A stretch of DNA of 64,000 bases from Squalus acanthias (lineage: Eukaryota). The notes beneath the pieces are model-generated. The model had not been told where the DNA came from. It saw only the letters and a list, made by a program, of their open reading frames with translations, and made no database searches. Positions 14,016 to 25,174 of this stretch are shown here, piece by piece. Position 1 is the stretch's first letter. Every line of letters begins with the position of its first letter. The DNA lies in assembly GCA_030390025.1 (NCBI GenBank), contig CM059432.1, forward strand, positions 105,712,001 to 105,776,000. The letters run 5' to 3'. Both the position numbers and the translations under genes were made by a program.

Positions 14016-14468
14016 GATGGGCCAAATGGCCACTTTCTGTGTTATATAATGCTACTGATTCTTTAGAACGTCCTTTAGAATGTTTCCCATTATGAATACA
14101 GGCATTTGAAATTCAAGGGAACGTCATAAGATCCCGCAGTAGTTTAAACAGCTCGGGGGAAAAAAGAAGTCACATATTATTTTTGGCACAACAGTTTCAC
14201 ATGCAAGAGAGATGTTGACCGATTTATGATACAATTACATATTTTAACATATGTAGTATTGACTTTCCACTGTATTAGGAAACAAACAAAAAAGACATAG
14301 CAAATCTTTTCAGTAGCCTAGTGTCCTTTAAATGGAACAAGGCACCCAGAGCCTGTCTAGGACTTTACAAGTTGAATGCAAATGGATTTAAAGGGATTAT
14401 TATTGAAGCCTGTTTACATTGATGGTGTGTTAAGTCTTATCAGATAATGAAGTAGCTAAAAGCCAAAT

Positions 14469-14745
14469 ACATAGAATCATAGAATGATACAGCACAGAAG
14501 GAGGCCATTCGGCCCATCGTACCTGTGCCGGCTCTTTGAAAGAGCTATCCAATTTCTCCCACTCCCTTGCTCTTTCCCCACAGCCCTGTAAATTTTTCCT
14601 TTTCAAGTATATATCCACTTCCCCTTATGAAAATTACTTTTGAATCTGCTTCCACCACGCTTTCAGGCAGTGCTTTCCAGATCATAACAACTTGTTGCGT
14701 AAAATAATTTCCTCTCATCTCTCCTCTGGTTCTTTTGCCAATTTG
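14469..14745 (-). mobile_element. CR1 3'-end fragment
   Basis: ATAGAATCATAGAAT tail. Minus strand encodes [21 protein letters not shown]. Confidence 0.75.
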
Positions 14746-14827
14746 CCAACATGCAGAATCCAAGCAGTCATAACCACTGGCCATTGGTTGAAAAACAAAA
14801 TAAATTCTCTGCTTTATTCTTCTACAG

Positions 14828-15219
14828 TTATAGCAGGCATCAAAGAGACAGAGGAGAAATTCTACCTGATTGTGAAAGAAGGGAAGAATTACAATGCTGC
14901 TCTTGTGCACTGCAAAGACAGAGGAGGATCACTGGCGATGCCAAAGGACGAAGAAACAAACACACTGATTGCTGCCTATGTGAACAAGACTGGCTTATCT
15001 CGAGTGTTCATTGGGGTGAATGACTTAGAAAAGGAAAGGCAATTCATGTACACTGACTCTACCCCTCTACAGAATTACAGCCATTGGAGACCAGGAGAAC
15101 CCAACAATGCATTTGGTGGTGAGGATTGTGTAGAAATGGTAAGTGACGGAGGTTGGAATGATGTGGAATGCCACCTCACCATATACTTTGTCTGTGAATT
15201 TTTAAAAAAGATTTCATGA
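14828..15219 (+). CDS. COLEC10: Collectin-10 terminal exon: C-type lectin (CRD) domain to stop codon
   Basis: ctacag|TTATAGCA. Translates [18 protein letters not shown]...[10 protein letters not shown]...VFIGVNDLE...EPNN...EDCVEM...[20 protein letters not shown]. Looks closer to COLEC10 than COLEC11 (ETEEKFY, TPLQNYS, CHLTxYFVCEF) and is syntenic with MAL2. Confidence 0.93.
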
Positions 15220-15504
15220 TCTAAAAGGAGACTTACGTTTCACCGAAGATAACAGTCACTAGTAGCTTATAAGAAGATAACGGCTGTTTATATCTTTGGT
15301 TTGTAACATATTGGGGTCATAATTAAATACACATAATTAGATCAACCAATTATATATTAACTCATAAAACTATGCACGAAGATTTTCAATTTAAAGGGAG
15401 GATGTTGATGGAAAACATTGATCAAAGATATACATTTTCAATCTGGAATTTTGCTGTATTGGACAATAACTTTTTATTTATTTTTTTAGTATGTTGTGCA
15501 ATTT

Positions 15505-15510
15505 AATAAA
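15505..15510 (+). terminator. Candidate polyadenylation signal of COLEC10
   Basis: AATAAA about 285 nt after the stop codon, in an AT-rich 3' UTR. Confidence 0.5.
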
Positions 15511-15827
15511 GAATAATCCAAAATTTTCTCCTTGCAGTGATCCCTGTAATCCAACCTGGTCCATTACTTCTTATTATAGCTTCATGGTTTTTAGTACTGT
15601 TGTCTCTTTCATGGTCTAACAGCAGATCCCATAAGCAAACTTTGCCCCTTACAATCTGTACCTTTTCTATAATCTCTTCTCACAAAGGTGTGTGCCTAAG
15701 GGGCTAAGCATTGGCTCATTTAATATGATTTAATATAGACATCACAACGCTACCAAATTCTCACCAACATAGCAAATATTACCACACATATAGCAGTTTA
15801 CAGACTACGGCAATTCTCTGTGTCTCA

Positions 15828-16267
15828 GGTCAATTTTAACCTCCTCTCCACCGGGCGGAAAGGTGTGTGGGAGCGGTTAAAATTGGGCGAGTCGACTTAT
15901 CAGCCTGAATTTGCTCCAGCGCCATTTTCTCTTCATTGACTTTCAAGTCTTACTTCAGCCAGCAAAACCTCCATGCATGTATCAGAGAATCTGGGAGCCC
16001 TTAATGCTGCAGCGCCCCCTCCCCGCCAGGTTGGTGCTCCTTCAGACATTCTTCCACTCGTTCTTCCTGCTGTTCAAAAAGTAAAATTGTTGTCTATTTC
16101 CCTCGCTCCCAGCAGCAATGACCGAATGAAGAATGGTATTACTGTCCCTAACCCACCCTGCATGGATAATGAAGACCACTGGAGGAAAGTTCAGTGAGTT
16201 AGTGTCATGGTCATGTGGGCGGGCGGAAGTCCCAACCCACCGCTAACCTGGGAGGAGAATCCATCCC
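15828..16267. mobile_element. Possible degenerate MITE
   Basis: Begins GGTCAATTTTAAC with an internal inverted GTTAAAATTG and ends GAGAATCCATCCC. GC-rich subterminal blocks resemble other MITEs here. No clean TSD. Confidence 0.3.
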
Positions 16268-16320
16268 ATAATATCGGGAGAAACAAATGTGTCTTATAGT
16301 TCAGAATAAACTTCTTAAAG

Positions 16321-16984
16321 CAGTGTTTCTCCATAGAGACTTTCCAAGGGGTCCACAACCGGAGACAGCCGTAGGTAATTTCAAGCCTGCTCCTCTTTCT
16401 AAAACTGACACTGATTCAGTTCTTGTGAATTATTCTCAAAGGTTGGGCCCGCCTCCTCACTGAGGCCCACAGCTCTCGCTCAAATTGCAACGAGTACTCC
16501 CTGCCGGTCGAGCCGATTCCTCTCCCTGGCGCCGCAACCCTGTGCCAACCTCCCGACACATGATGAGAGCGCCTGCAGGGCCTTCAAACACATGCCTGAA
16601 CGTGTTCGCGCAAACACGTCCAATCCCACAATGCAGCTGTTACAGAACATGCCAGTGTCACACTACGGCGTGAGTCATGCTTCCAGCAACATCCCAGCAT
16701 GTGCATGGGTGCTCGTGCCCTCACTCACCTTCACCAGCCTGCTGACTGCTTTAAAACTTGACCAGCACTAAGTGGCTAATAGTGGCCATCGGTTGCTGCG
16801 GAGTACCCAGAATTGGTGTGAGAAGCAGGCACACCCACCTCACTGATATCTGTAAGTAAAGACCTATTTTCTTAAAAGCATTATTAAAACACTCTTTACT
16901 GGCAGCACCTTCATATTATGAGTATTATATAGTATTATAGTTTAGATGGGGGGGGTCCACGATTACTAATCGATTTGAAAAGGG
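16321..16984. mobile_element. Possible hAT-type non-autonomous element, right end missing
   Basis: Starts CAGTGTTTCTC, with GGGGTCCAC subterminal motifs near both ends. Abuts the Penelope fragment. Confidence 0.35.
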
Positions 16985-17566
16985 CTTCCGGTCGCCTGTC
17001 ACTTTAATTCTCCGCTCCACTCCCACTCAGACCTCACCGTCCTCGGCCTCTTACACTGTTCCAATGAAGCACAATGTAAGCTCGAGGAACAGCACCTCAT
17101 CTTTCGATTAGGCACTTTACAGACTTCTGGACTCAACATAAGAGTTCAACAATTTCAGACCATAACCTCTGCCCCCTTCCTTTATTTTCCCATTTATTTA
17201 TTTATTTTTTTCTCTCTCTCACATGCCAGCTGTCTTTCATTCTGCCATTGCCATTTACACTTCATCTAGAGCCATCTTTTGTTTCTTAACTTGTCCCATT
17301 ACCATCTCCTTTTGCCTTGCACCATCTCTTAATCTCTCTTAATGTCTCTTAATCTCTCCTGCCTTCCATCCTATCACAGACCTTCCCTTTTGTTCTTTCC
17401 TCCCCTCCCCCTTTCCCTGCCCCTACACTTGCTTAAAAACCTGTTCCATCTCCAGCTTTTTCCAGTTTTGACGAAAGGTCATCGACCTGAAACGTTAACT
17501 CTGTTTCTCTCTCCACAGATGCTGTCTGACCTGCTGAGTATTTCCAGCATTTTCTGTTTTTATTTC
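16985..17566 (+). mobile_element. Penelope-like element 3' fragment (end of GIY-YIG ORF + pLTR)
   Basis: Near-identical to about 39402-39915 of the longer Penelope copy. Confidence 0.85.
17464..17500 (+). ncRNA. Minimal type-I hammerhead ribozyme motif in Penelope pLTR (core C3 mutated to U)
   Basis: AGTT-tTGACGA-A-AGGTC-ATC-GACCT-GAAACGTT-AACT. Stem I AGTT/AACT, stem II AGGTC/GACCT, core (C)UGANGA...GAAA, palindromic ACGT stem III. Confidence 0.75.
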
Positions 17567-17949
17567 ATTGAGGTAATTAACTGCTCATTTAGAGACCCTT
17601 AACAGCTTTTTTAACGTGAGGTTTCAACTTTAATTGGTTGCGCACGGGATTCACGGACTTCGGGAACCTCGCCTGTGAAGGCAAGGCTAGAGCTCAGTAT
17701 ACATTGTGCTACTTCATTAAGTGACAGCTGGAAAAAGCACATAAATACACACCACACACCTTACACCTGCTTCCTTGCCTAAGGGAAAGGCTCTTGATGA
17801 CACCATTTTGTGCAGAGATTTTGCTTTCAGGAGTTTGCAGGTGATTTCTGCAACTTCAGAAGCTGTTCTCACCACATTGCAAGTCACTCTCATTACATTG
17901 GAGGATTGTGCCTCTGATCTCCACTTTACATGGCATCTATCAGATCAGC

Positions 17950-19134
17950 ATGGATGCCATTTATGCTGTCTCACCTTGGACCTCAGATTCGGACCAAGAT
18001 GAGCCCCAGCACCACTAGCCACACCAGCAGCAGCAGCAGAAACACCACCAGCAGCAGCTGTTGCTCCCCAGGAGGGGATCAGCACAGGGGTGCACCAGGC
18101 TGGAGGTGATACCCCCAACACAGGGTATACAGGCAGCGGATGAGCTTCCTGGACATGAACAGCAGTGCTTCAGGAGGCTCAGGCTATCGCGCCAGGTCAT
18201 CGCAGACATTTGTAGCTTGCTGGAAGAAGACCTGCTGCCCAGAGGAACTGGTGGACACGCCTTACCAGTGGCTGTCAAAGTCACCACCGCCCTCAACTTC
18301 TTTGCCTCAGGCTCCTTCCAGGGATCTGCAGCAGACATTTGCAGGATCTCGTAGTCGGCCACCCACAAATGCATCACCCAGGTGACCGATGCCATGTTTC
18401 ACAAGTCAGCCACTTACGTACACTTTGCCACTGATGAAGCCAGTGTTACTGAGTGGGCGCTCGGCTTTGCAGCTCTGGCTGACTTCCCACAGATGCAGGG
18501 TATCATCAACTGCACACATGTGGCCATCAAGGCACCCCCACCTCACCCAGGAGTGTTTGTGAACCGCAAGGGCTTCCACTCCCTTGTCTGCAACCATAAA
18601 AAGATCATCATGCATGTGTGCGCCAGATTCCCTGGGAACTGTCATGACTCTTTTGTCCTGCGCCAGTCCACCCTCTCTCAGCTCTTTGCACCTCCAAACA
18701 GACTTACCGGCTGGCTGCTTGGAGACAAAGGCTATCCACTGAAGACGTGGCTGATGACACCCTTGAGGAGGGCAAGCAATGAGGCCGAGGAGAGATATAA
18801 TGAAATACACATGTCCACCAGATGTGTCACCTGAGCAATCGACATGCTGAAGATGCGCTTCAGATACCTTGACAGCTCTGGAGGAGCCCTTCAGTACTCA
18901 CCAGCCAGGGTCTCCAGAATCATCGTCATCTGCTGCGTGCTGCATAACATAGCGCAGCAGCGAGGATTGGAGCTGCAGGAGGAGCAAAGCGCAGAGCGCA
19001 CAGCCTCTTCAGAAGAGGAACAGGTGGAAGACGATGAAGAGGAGGAGGAACCTGAGGGGCATATGGCACCAACAGCGGCGCACATTGCTTTCCGGGAGGC
19101 CTGGGATGGCCTCATAATGGCCCAATTTACTTAG
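17950..19134 (+). pseudogene. Harbinger (HARBI1-like) DDE transposase, disrupted
   Basis: Motifs [24 protein letters not shown] (first Asp mutated), [38 protein letters not shown], plus an acidic tail. Internal stops and frameshifts. Confidence 0.9.
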
Positions 19135-19434
19135 GTTGCACCAGTGCACCCATATGGCTCCCAGATGCTGTACCAACTTCCCCACCCCACCCCCCAACCA
19201 ACCCCATAAAGCAGTCCTAAAATGACCAAACCATTCCTGTCAACCAAACACCCATTGCTCGAAGTTAAGTAATGTCTCACCATTCACTCCAAGTGATAAA
19301 GCCACTTCCCACGTAGCAATCAAAAATGGACAAGATAGGAAAGTAGTGCAAAGAAATAAATTTATGTGCATCATATATAACTGAAACTTAACACTAACAT
19401 TTTGTCAAACACCCATGTGCATACCCTTGTGCAT

Positions 19435-20350
19435 CTACAACTGTGTCTTTTTTCTTTTCCGAGTGCTTCTACGAGGTGCAACCACTGTGGCTTCAGCAAA
19501 GGTAGAGGCAGGCTGTTCACTTCCCTGCTGTGACTGCTTTGACACTTTTGGCGGACGTCCTCTGGGTTTTGGAGCCTGTGAGGGCCCCTGCCAAAGACTG
19601 CTCCTCCTGCAACTGTGCAGGGGTAGACTCAGCCATCGGGATCTGAGGCAGCATGTGGGGCTCTGACTGAGGGGGAGAAGTGGGAGCGCTTTGAGCAGAG
19701 CCCCCACTTCCATGTCCCCTCTCGCCATCATCCCTTTCATGGGCCACCCGCACTTCCCTGCTAGCAAGGAGCTGGAGAGCACCTTGCTGCACATCAGTGG
19801 GGCCATGAATGCCCAAGTCTACGTTGGTATCCCTTCTAGAGATGAGTTCAATCAGAGTCTGCAATCTGTTGTTCACAGCAAGCATGTTCTCGTTCGACTG
19901 GCGCATTAGCTGTTCCATGCAGGTAGCCACCCTTTCCATGGAAGAGCACATCGTCACCATCGCCTGCGAGATGGTGGTGCTCATGTTGGAGATGGACTCC
20001 TCCATTCTCTGTACAATCGTGCACATCACGGCTGGAAATGCTGCCAGAGCCTCGCGCATTTGTTGCTGCTCCTCCAAGATCAACCTGTAGTTGAATGTGG
20101 CATTGCACTCACCTTTCCTGACCTCATGAGATCATTAAATCTTTTCCGGCATTGAATCCAGGAGTGGCTGAACAACCCTAATGCTCACTTCTTGTGCGAT
20201 CTCCAGTCATGCCCTCTTGGTTTCTCTGGCTGCTCTTCTCCTGCTGCTGCCAAGGAATAGGACCTCCCTGCGTGCTCTGACTCCCTGGACGAGGACTTGC
20301 AGGGAGGTATCTGAGAACCTGGGCGCAGCCTTCTGTCACTGTGACTCCAT
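19435..20350 (-). pseudogene. Harbinger Myb/SANT-like DNA-binding partner gene, disrupted
   Basis: Minus strand reads AAPRFSDTSLQVLVQGV...WIQCRKRFNDLMRSGK|gtgagt. A helical M/Q-rich region follows, then KPRGRPPK...RRSTRKRKK-stop. Confidence 0.8.
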
Positions 20351-20725
20351 GTTTGCTTGCACCCACACAAATCTCTGCGATATAGACCAATAGCCACCTC
20401 TCCCAACCAACTTTATGCCTCCTCCAACAACCTTCAACTGGGATGTGTACAAGGCTCCTTTAAATATCCGAGCTGAAAATGAGTCATCAGTGACATTATC
20501 AGACCTGCTCCATTTAATTGGCCGGGAAACCCGCATGATTGTTTCAATTGATGTAATTGAATTAAAAGCGCAGTGCAGAACACGCTGTTGAAAACTTCAG
20601 GATGGCGAACCGCTATGCAGCCCGCGCACACCCGCCCCAACTCTAAGGTAAAGATTCCGGCCATAATGTTGAAAGGTGTGCTCTGAACCAGCAATATCAC
20701 GAGTAACCATAGACATAGAAACATG

Positions 20726-21464
20726 GGGCTAGAAATTCGGTGCATTTGCGCCTCTCATTAGCATACCCAGGGGGCGCTAACGGGGCATAAACGACTTTTT
20801 GCCCTGGCGCGGCACCACTAACGACTCCCACTAAATTCAGCGGGAGTTTAGCAGTGGCGGTAATCGGTAGCGCTACGCTCCGCAGGCGATGACAACATCA
20901 TCACCGTGCACAGCGCCCTGTTTTCGCCCCGCCTGCAAAATTGGCCTGCGCCCCCTGAATCTGCACTGGGCTATGACAGCGACCTATACAGGGGGCGGGA
21001 ATGGAGCGGCGAGAGGCTCGCGGGGCACTAACTAAAGGAGAGGTAGTGGGCGGGGAAAGAAAAATCGGCCAACTTACTTGTCGCGGCCCATTGCGTCTTT
21101 GAACGCGGGGTCCGTGCCGCGATCTGGCAGCCCAGCACTCCTCCTGCGTGCCAGGCTGCTGGCACGGCACCCCGCTCCTCGGTGGTCCAGGTAGGGCCCC
21201 GCAGAGTTGTGGCCTTGGGCCCTCCCCTTTAATGAGGGGAAGAGCCCTTCCATGCGGCAGCACTACGTGGCCCAGTGTGCAGAACGCACCACCCCGATAT
21301 TCGGGTTAGCACTCTAAGAAGGAAGTGGAGCACTTGAATTAGCGCTCCACCTCCCTCTTGGGGCACTAAACCTGAAGTTAGCGATCGCTGGTACTATTTT
21401 TCGCCGAGCGCTAAAGCCCAGTCGATGTTAGCGAGCCAAAATGATCGCTAATGAATTTTTCCCC
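20726..21464. mobile_element. Non-autonomous Harbinger-type element
   Basis: Ends GGGCTAGAAATTC / GAATTTTTCCCC, flanked by ATG/ATG. The left end resembles the 32874 element end. TAGCGC/GCGCTA subterminal repeats. Confidence 0.75.
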
Positions 21465-22129
21465 ATGCAGTTTTATTTGTCCTTCACACATACAGTAGTC
21501 TTAAACCCATGTGCCGCCCCCACCCCTCTGTACTCATATCCCTTTAGCTCCCTTTCCTTCAACCATCTGTTTCTGAAATTAGGCCACGAAATACGTGACC
21601 TGGCTGTAGTTCGTAATTATAAAGGACACCACCTGGTATGTTTGTAGAAAAAGGAAGTAGTTTTTATTCACTATTAGTAACAGTACTAACAGACCAGAGT
21701 GTAACTAGCCTGAGGACCAAGCAGATTGCAGAAGTGGAGCTCCGAAGATCCTCAATCGAATCTCACTACACAATGTTTGCATTATCTTTTATACCTTTTT
21801 CTTGGAGCCCTCTTCCTACGGGCTTTACAGCTGTAGGTGATTACATGGATGCTTCAAAGCCACACACATATCGCCAGTTCCACACCATCTAGTTTATAGT
21901 TTAGGTCTGAAAACAATATTCTTCTCCTTCCCCATACATGTGTTCAACCATCATTCTTAGTAATCTGTGACATTAACTGCTTGCAGGCAGAGATAAACCT
22001 TGAGACACCCTTGTTCTGTCAGTCATCTGGCTGACTGCTGACTGTTGCTTCCTTCCTTTGATCAGATTGATCACAAGCTGATACAAGTCCCAGTCCATAT
22101 GGTTCTTCTTTATTCTGTATGTACTCTTT

Positions 22130-22440
22130 TAACCCCTTTCTTACCACAATATACAATCCCTGTTTCCAATACATCTAACTAAGCTATTCTTAAATATTGA
22201 TATGGTTTTTGCTTCAATCACTAACTCGGGCAGCACATTCCACAAACTTGTAACCCTCTATGTAAAAAAAATTCCCCTGTTGTTTGTCCTAAATCTCTTG
22301 CATTTATTCTTATACCTATGCCCCGTCATTCTAGGCCCCTCGATCAGTGGAGCAGTCTGTTTCTATCTACTCTGTCTCATTCCCTTTATAGTTTTAATCA
22401 CCTCTATCAAATCACCCCATAATCTCCCCTGTTCTCACAA
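22130..22440 (-). mobile_element. Old CR1 3' fragment
   Basis: Reverse complement resembles the CR1 ORF2 C-terminus (RGDLIEV...FFT.RV...WN.LP...IEA). Confidence 0.55.
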
Positions 22441-23467
22441 AAACAGCTGCACTTCCCATGCTGCCACAACAAACATGCAAGCTCTCTGCCCTTTTGGAGA
22501 TTTCAGAGACAATCTTTCAGAAGAAACCTTTCAGATCTGCCGCAAAGTGGATTTACTGTGTGTCTCCCCTGCACGTGCTGCTTTGAAAAGTACTCACAGG
22601 ACAAGGGTTGTGGACTAGCCACAGGATGCCTTGTACATGCTTCCAGGAGGAAGCTAGAACCATTAGGAGTGCAACCAGTTGGCTCTTCCATGATTGAAGA
22701 GCTATCCGGATTTATCAAGATGTGCATCATAGGAATGGATTACCAAAAAATAAATCTGTAGTACATAGCAATAGAGTTTTACACCATCCCACTCTCCTGA
22801 CTAAAAAACAGCAAACTGGAGTACTGTGAACCTGCCTGGCTCATGTATCAGATTACCAAATCTCCAGATTGTTGAGTTGGTGCTGAATTTCCACCTCCAG
22901 ATGTGATTTTTGGAACTGCTTGACTCCAAACAGATCCCACTTAATTCCTCATAAAGAAGATATTCACTATTGGATCATTAGATAAGTGACAAATGTGACT
23001 GTAAGCTATTTCTAGGTGAACAACACACACCAGAAGCATCTCCATGAGTGGCAGGGTGAGCAGCACAGCTCAGCATATAATGTGTGTACCCACTGCTACT
23101 GTCCTCAAGTTTGTGCTTTGGGAGTTTATTTATTGACAAAAATGTAAAATATCAATTATTAATTTTGGCAGACAAAACATGGGCTGTAAAGTGCAGATTG
23201 TGGAATAGATTTGTGTGTGATAATCTGGTAAAATGGATCGCCCGCCCTTTATAGAACCCACCCGATTTCCATGCCATTTATTGCACTTTGCTCTGCCGGA
23301 TTATTGCCCCAGTGTTGAAGATGAAAAGCTACCCCTGTCGTTGTTTCTTTTTTTTATTCGTTCATGGGATGTGGGCATCGCTGGCAAGGCCAGCATTTAA
23401 TGCCCATCCCTAATTGCCCTTGAGAAGGTGGTGGTGAGCCGCCTTCTTGAACCGCTGCAGTCCGTGT

Positions 23468-25174
23468 CATAGAGTCATAGGGGGAAAAATTCAGTTGGTT
23501 GCGCCTCCTGTTAGCGCCTTAAGAGGGCGCTAATGGGGCACAAAGCATCTAGCGCCCAGGCGCGGCGAAGTTTGCGCCGCTCGCGAAATTAACTAGACAT
23601 TTTGCGGCGGCGCTAAACACTACCGCCACGATCTCCTGCGCCGGCAGATCGTGACATCAGTCGAGTGCGCAACGCCCTGGTATCGCCCCGGAGCGGATAT
23701 TCAGTGGCGCCCCCTGCCTTACTGCCTGACGCTAGCAACGACAGGTTGAGGGGAGCGTTCTGCACTCATGAAGGGAAAGGGGGAGCGCTATTTAAAGGTG
23801 ACCGCCTCCTGCCTTTTATTGTTGGTGCCATTTTTGAACTACGCATTCTGAGAGAGAGTGAGACTTCTGGAGAGATTCAACGTTGTGTGAAGGAGTTTTG
23901 GGTACTGAGCAGCACTTTGCAGGTTCATTTTGATTTGCCATTCCTTGTATCGATTTAGAAGAGACTGTGGGGGCTGCACTCTGAGCTCTTTGCCTGGTCC
24001 TCTCCATTGTTCGTTCCAGCAGATTTGAGGTGCAGGTCTCTCCAGGCCGAGATTCAAGGCTGCAATGAGCAGGATGTGGATGGAAAGCAAGATTAACCAT
24101 CCCCTTTAAGAACTGGCCCGCGCCATTGTGTGTGTGTTCCATTGCTGACTGACATTACATGAGCTTCGCCAGCGCTCTGAGGTAGCGTCTCGCTCCTCGG
24201 CCTTTGCGCCTTAAGACAGGTGTGAAGCGCCTGATTTAGCGCTCCAATCACCTCCAGGGGCGATAAAAGTCAAGTTTGCAGTCGGTGGCGATAATTAGCG
24301 CCAGGCGCTAATCTTTGCGCCCGGCCGATAATTGCGCCCCAAATGGGGCGACACTGAATTTCTCCCCCATAGAGTTATACAGCCCAGAAAGAGGCCCTTC
24401 GGCCTATCGTGTCCGTGCCGGCCATCAAGCCCTGTCTATTCTAATCCCATTTTCCAGCACTTGGTCCGTAGCCTTGTATGCTATGGCGTTTCATGTGCTC
24501 ATCTAAATGCTTCTTGAATGTTGTGAGGGTTCCTGCCTCTACCACCCTTTCAGGCAGTGAGTTCCAGATTCCAACCACCCTCTGGGTGAAAAAGTTTTTC
24601 CTCAAAAACCCCTCTAAACCTCCTGCACCTTACCTTGAAACTATGCCCCCTGGTTATTGACCCCTCTACTAAGGGGAAAAGTTCCTTTCTATCTACCCTA
24701 TCTATGCCCCTCATAATTTTGTACACCTCAATCAGGTCCCCCCTCAGCCTTCTCTGCTCTAAGGAAAACAACCCCAGCCTGTCCAGTCTCTCTTCATAGC
24801 TGAAGCGCTGCAGCCCAGGTAACATCCTGGTGAATCTCCTCTGCACCCTCTCCAATGCAATCACATCCTTCCTATAGTGTGGCGACCAGAACTGCACACA
24901 GTATTCCAGCTGTGGCCTAACTAGCGTTTTGTACAGCTCCATCATAACCTCCCTGCTCTTGCCTTCATTAACCGAGGCATAGAATATAAGTATCCCATAT
25001 GCCTTTTTAACCACCTTATCTACCTGTCCTGCTGCCTTCAGGGATCTATGTACATGCACACCAAGGTCCCTCTAATTCTCTGTCCTTCCTAGGATCCTAC
25101 CATTCATTGTGTATTCCCTTGCCTTGTTTGTCCTCCCAAAATGCATCACCTCACACTTTTCAAGGTTAAATTCA
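23468..25174 (-). mobile_element. 5'-truncated CR1 (same subfamily as 42679-46922), split by a MITE
   Basis: ORF 24550-25059 (RPQLEYCVQFWSPHY). Tail CATAGAGTCATAGAG. 6-bp TSD CCGTGT. Confidence 0.88.
23480..24368. mobile_element. Non-autonomous Harbinger derivative (889 bp) with intact TIRs
   Basis: TIRs GGGGGAAAAATTCAGT / ACTGAATTTCTCCCCC (15/16). 3-bp TSD ATA at 23477-23479 and 24369-24371. Ends homologous to the coding elements at 32874 and 51286. Confidence 0.9.

Larger units (their letters stand above)
17567..20662 (+). mobile_element. PIF/Harbinger DNA transposon copy 1 (two convergent genes; left TIR lost)
   Basis: Transposase on +, Myb/SANT gene on -. The right end AAAGATTCCGGCC resembles the GG-starting TIRs of other elements here. 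Confidence 0.8.

Noticed and set aside
14692..14827. N-terminal part of the 175-aa ORF 14692-15219
   Set aside because: Intronic read-through, partly CR1. The real exon begins at the AG acceptor before 14828.
17950..19134. Host HARBI1 gene (also 33352-34461)
   Set aside because: Multiple stops and frameshifts, several copies, and transposon context with TIRs and a partner gene.
20085..20112. 28-nt GT...AG micro-intron in the copy-1 Myb gene
   Set aside because: Too short for normal vertebrate splicing. More likely an internal deletion fusing intron 1 to the last exon.
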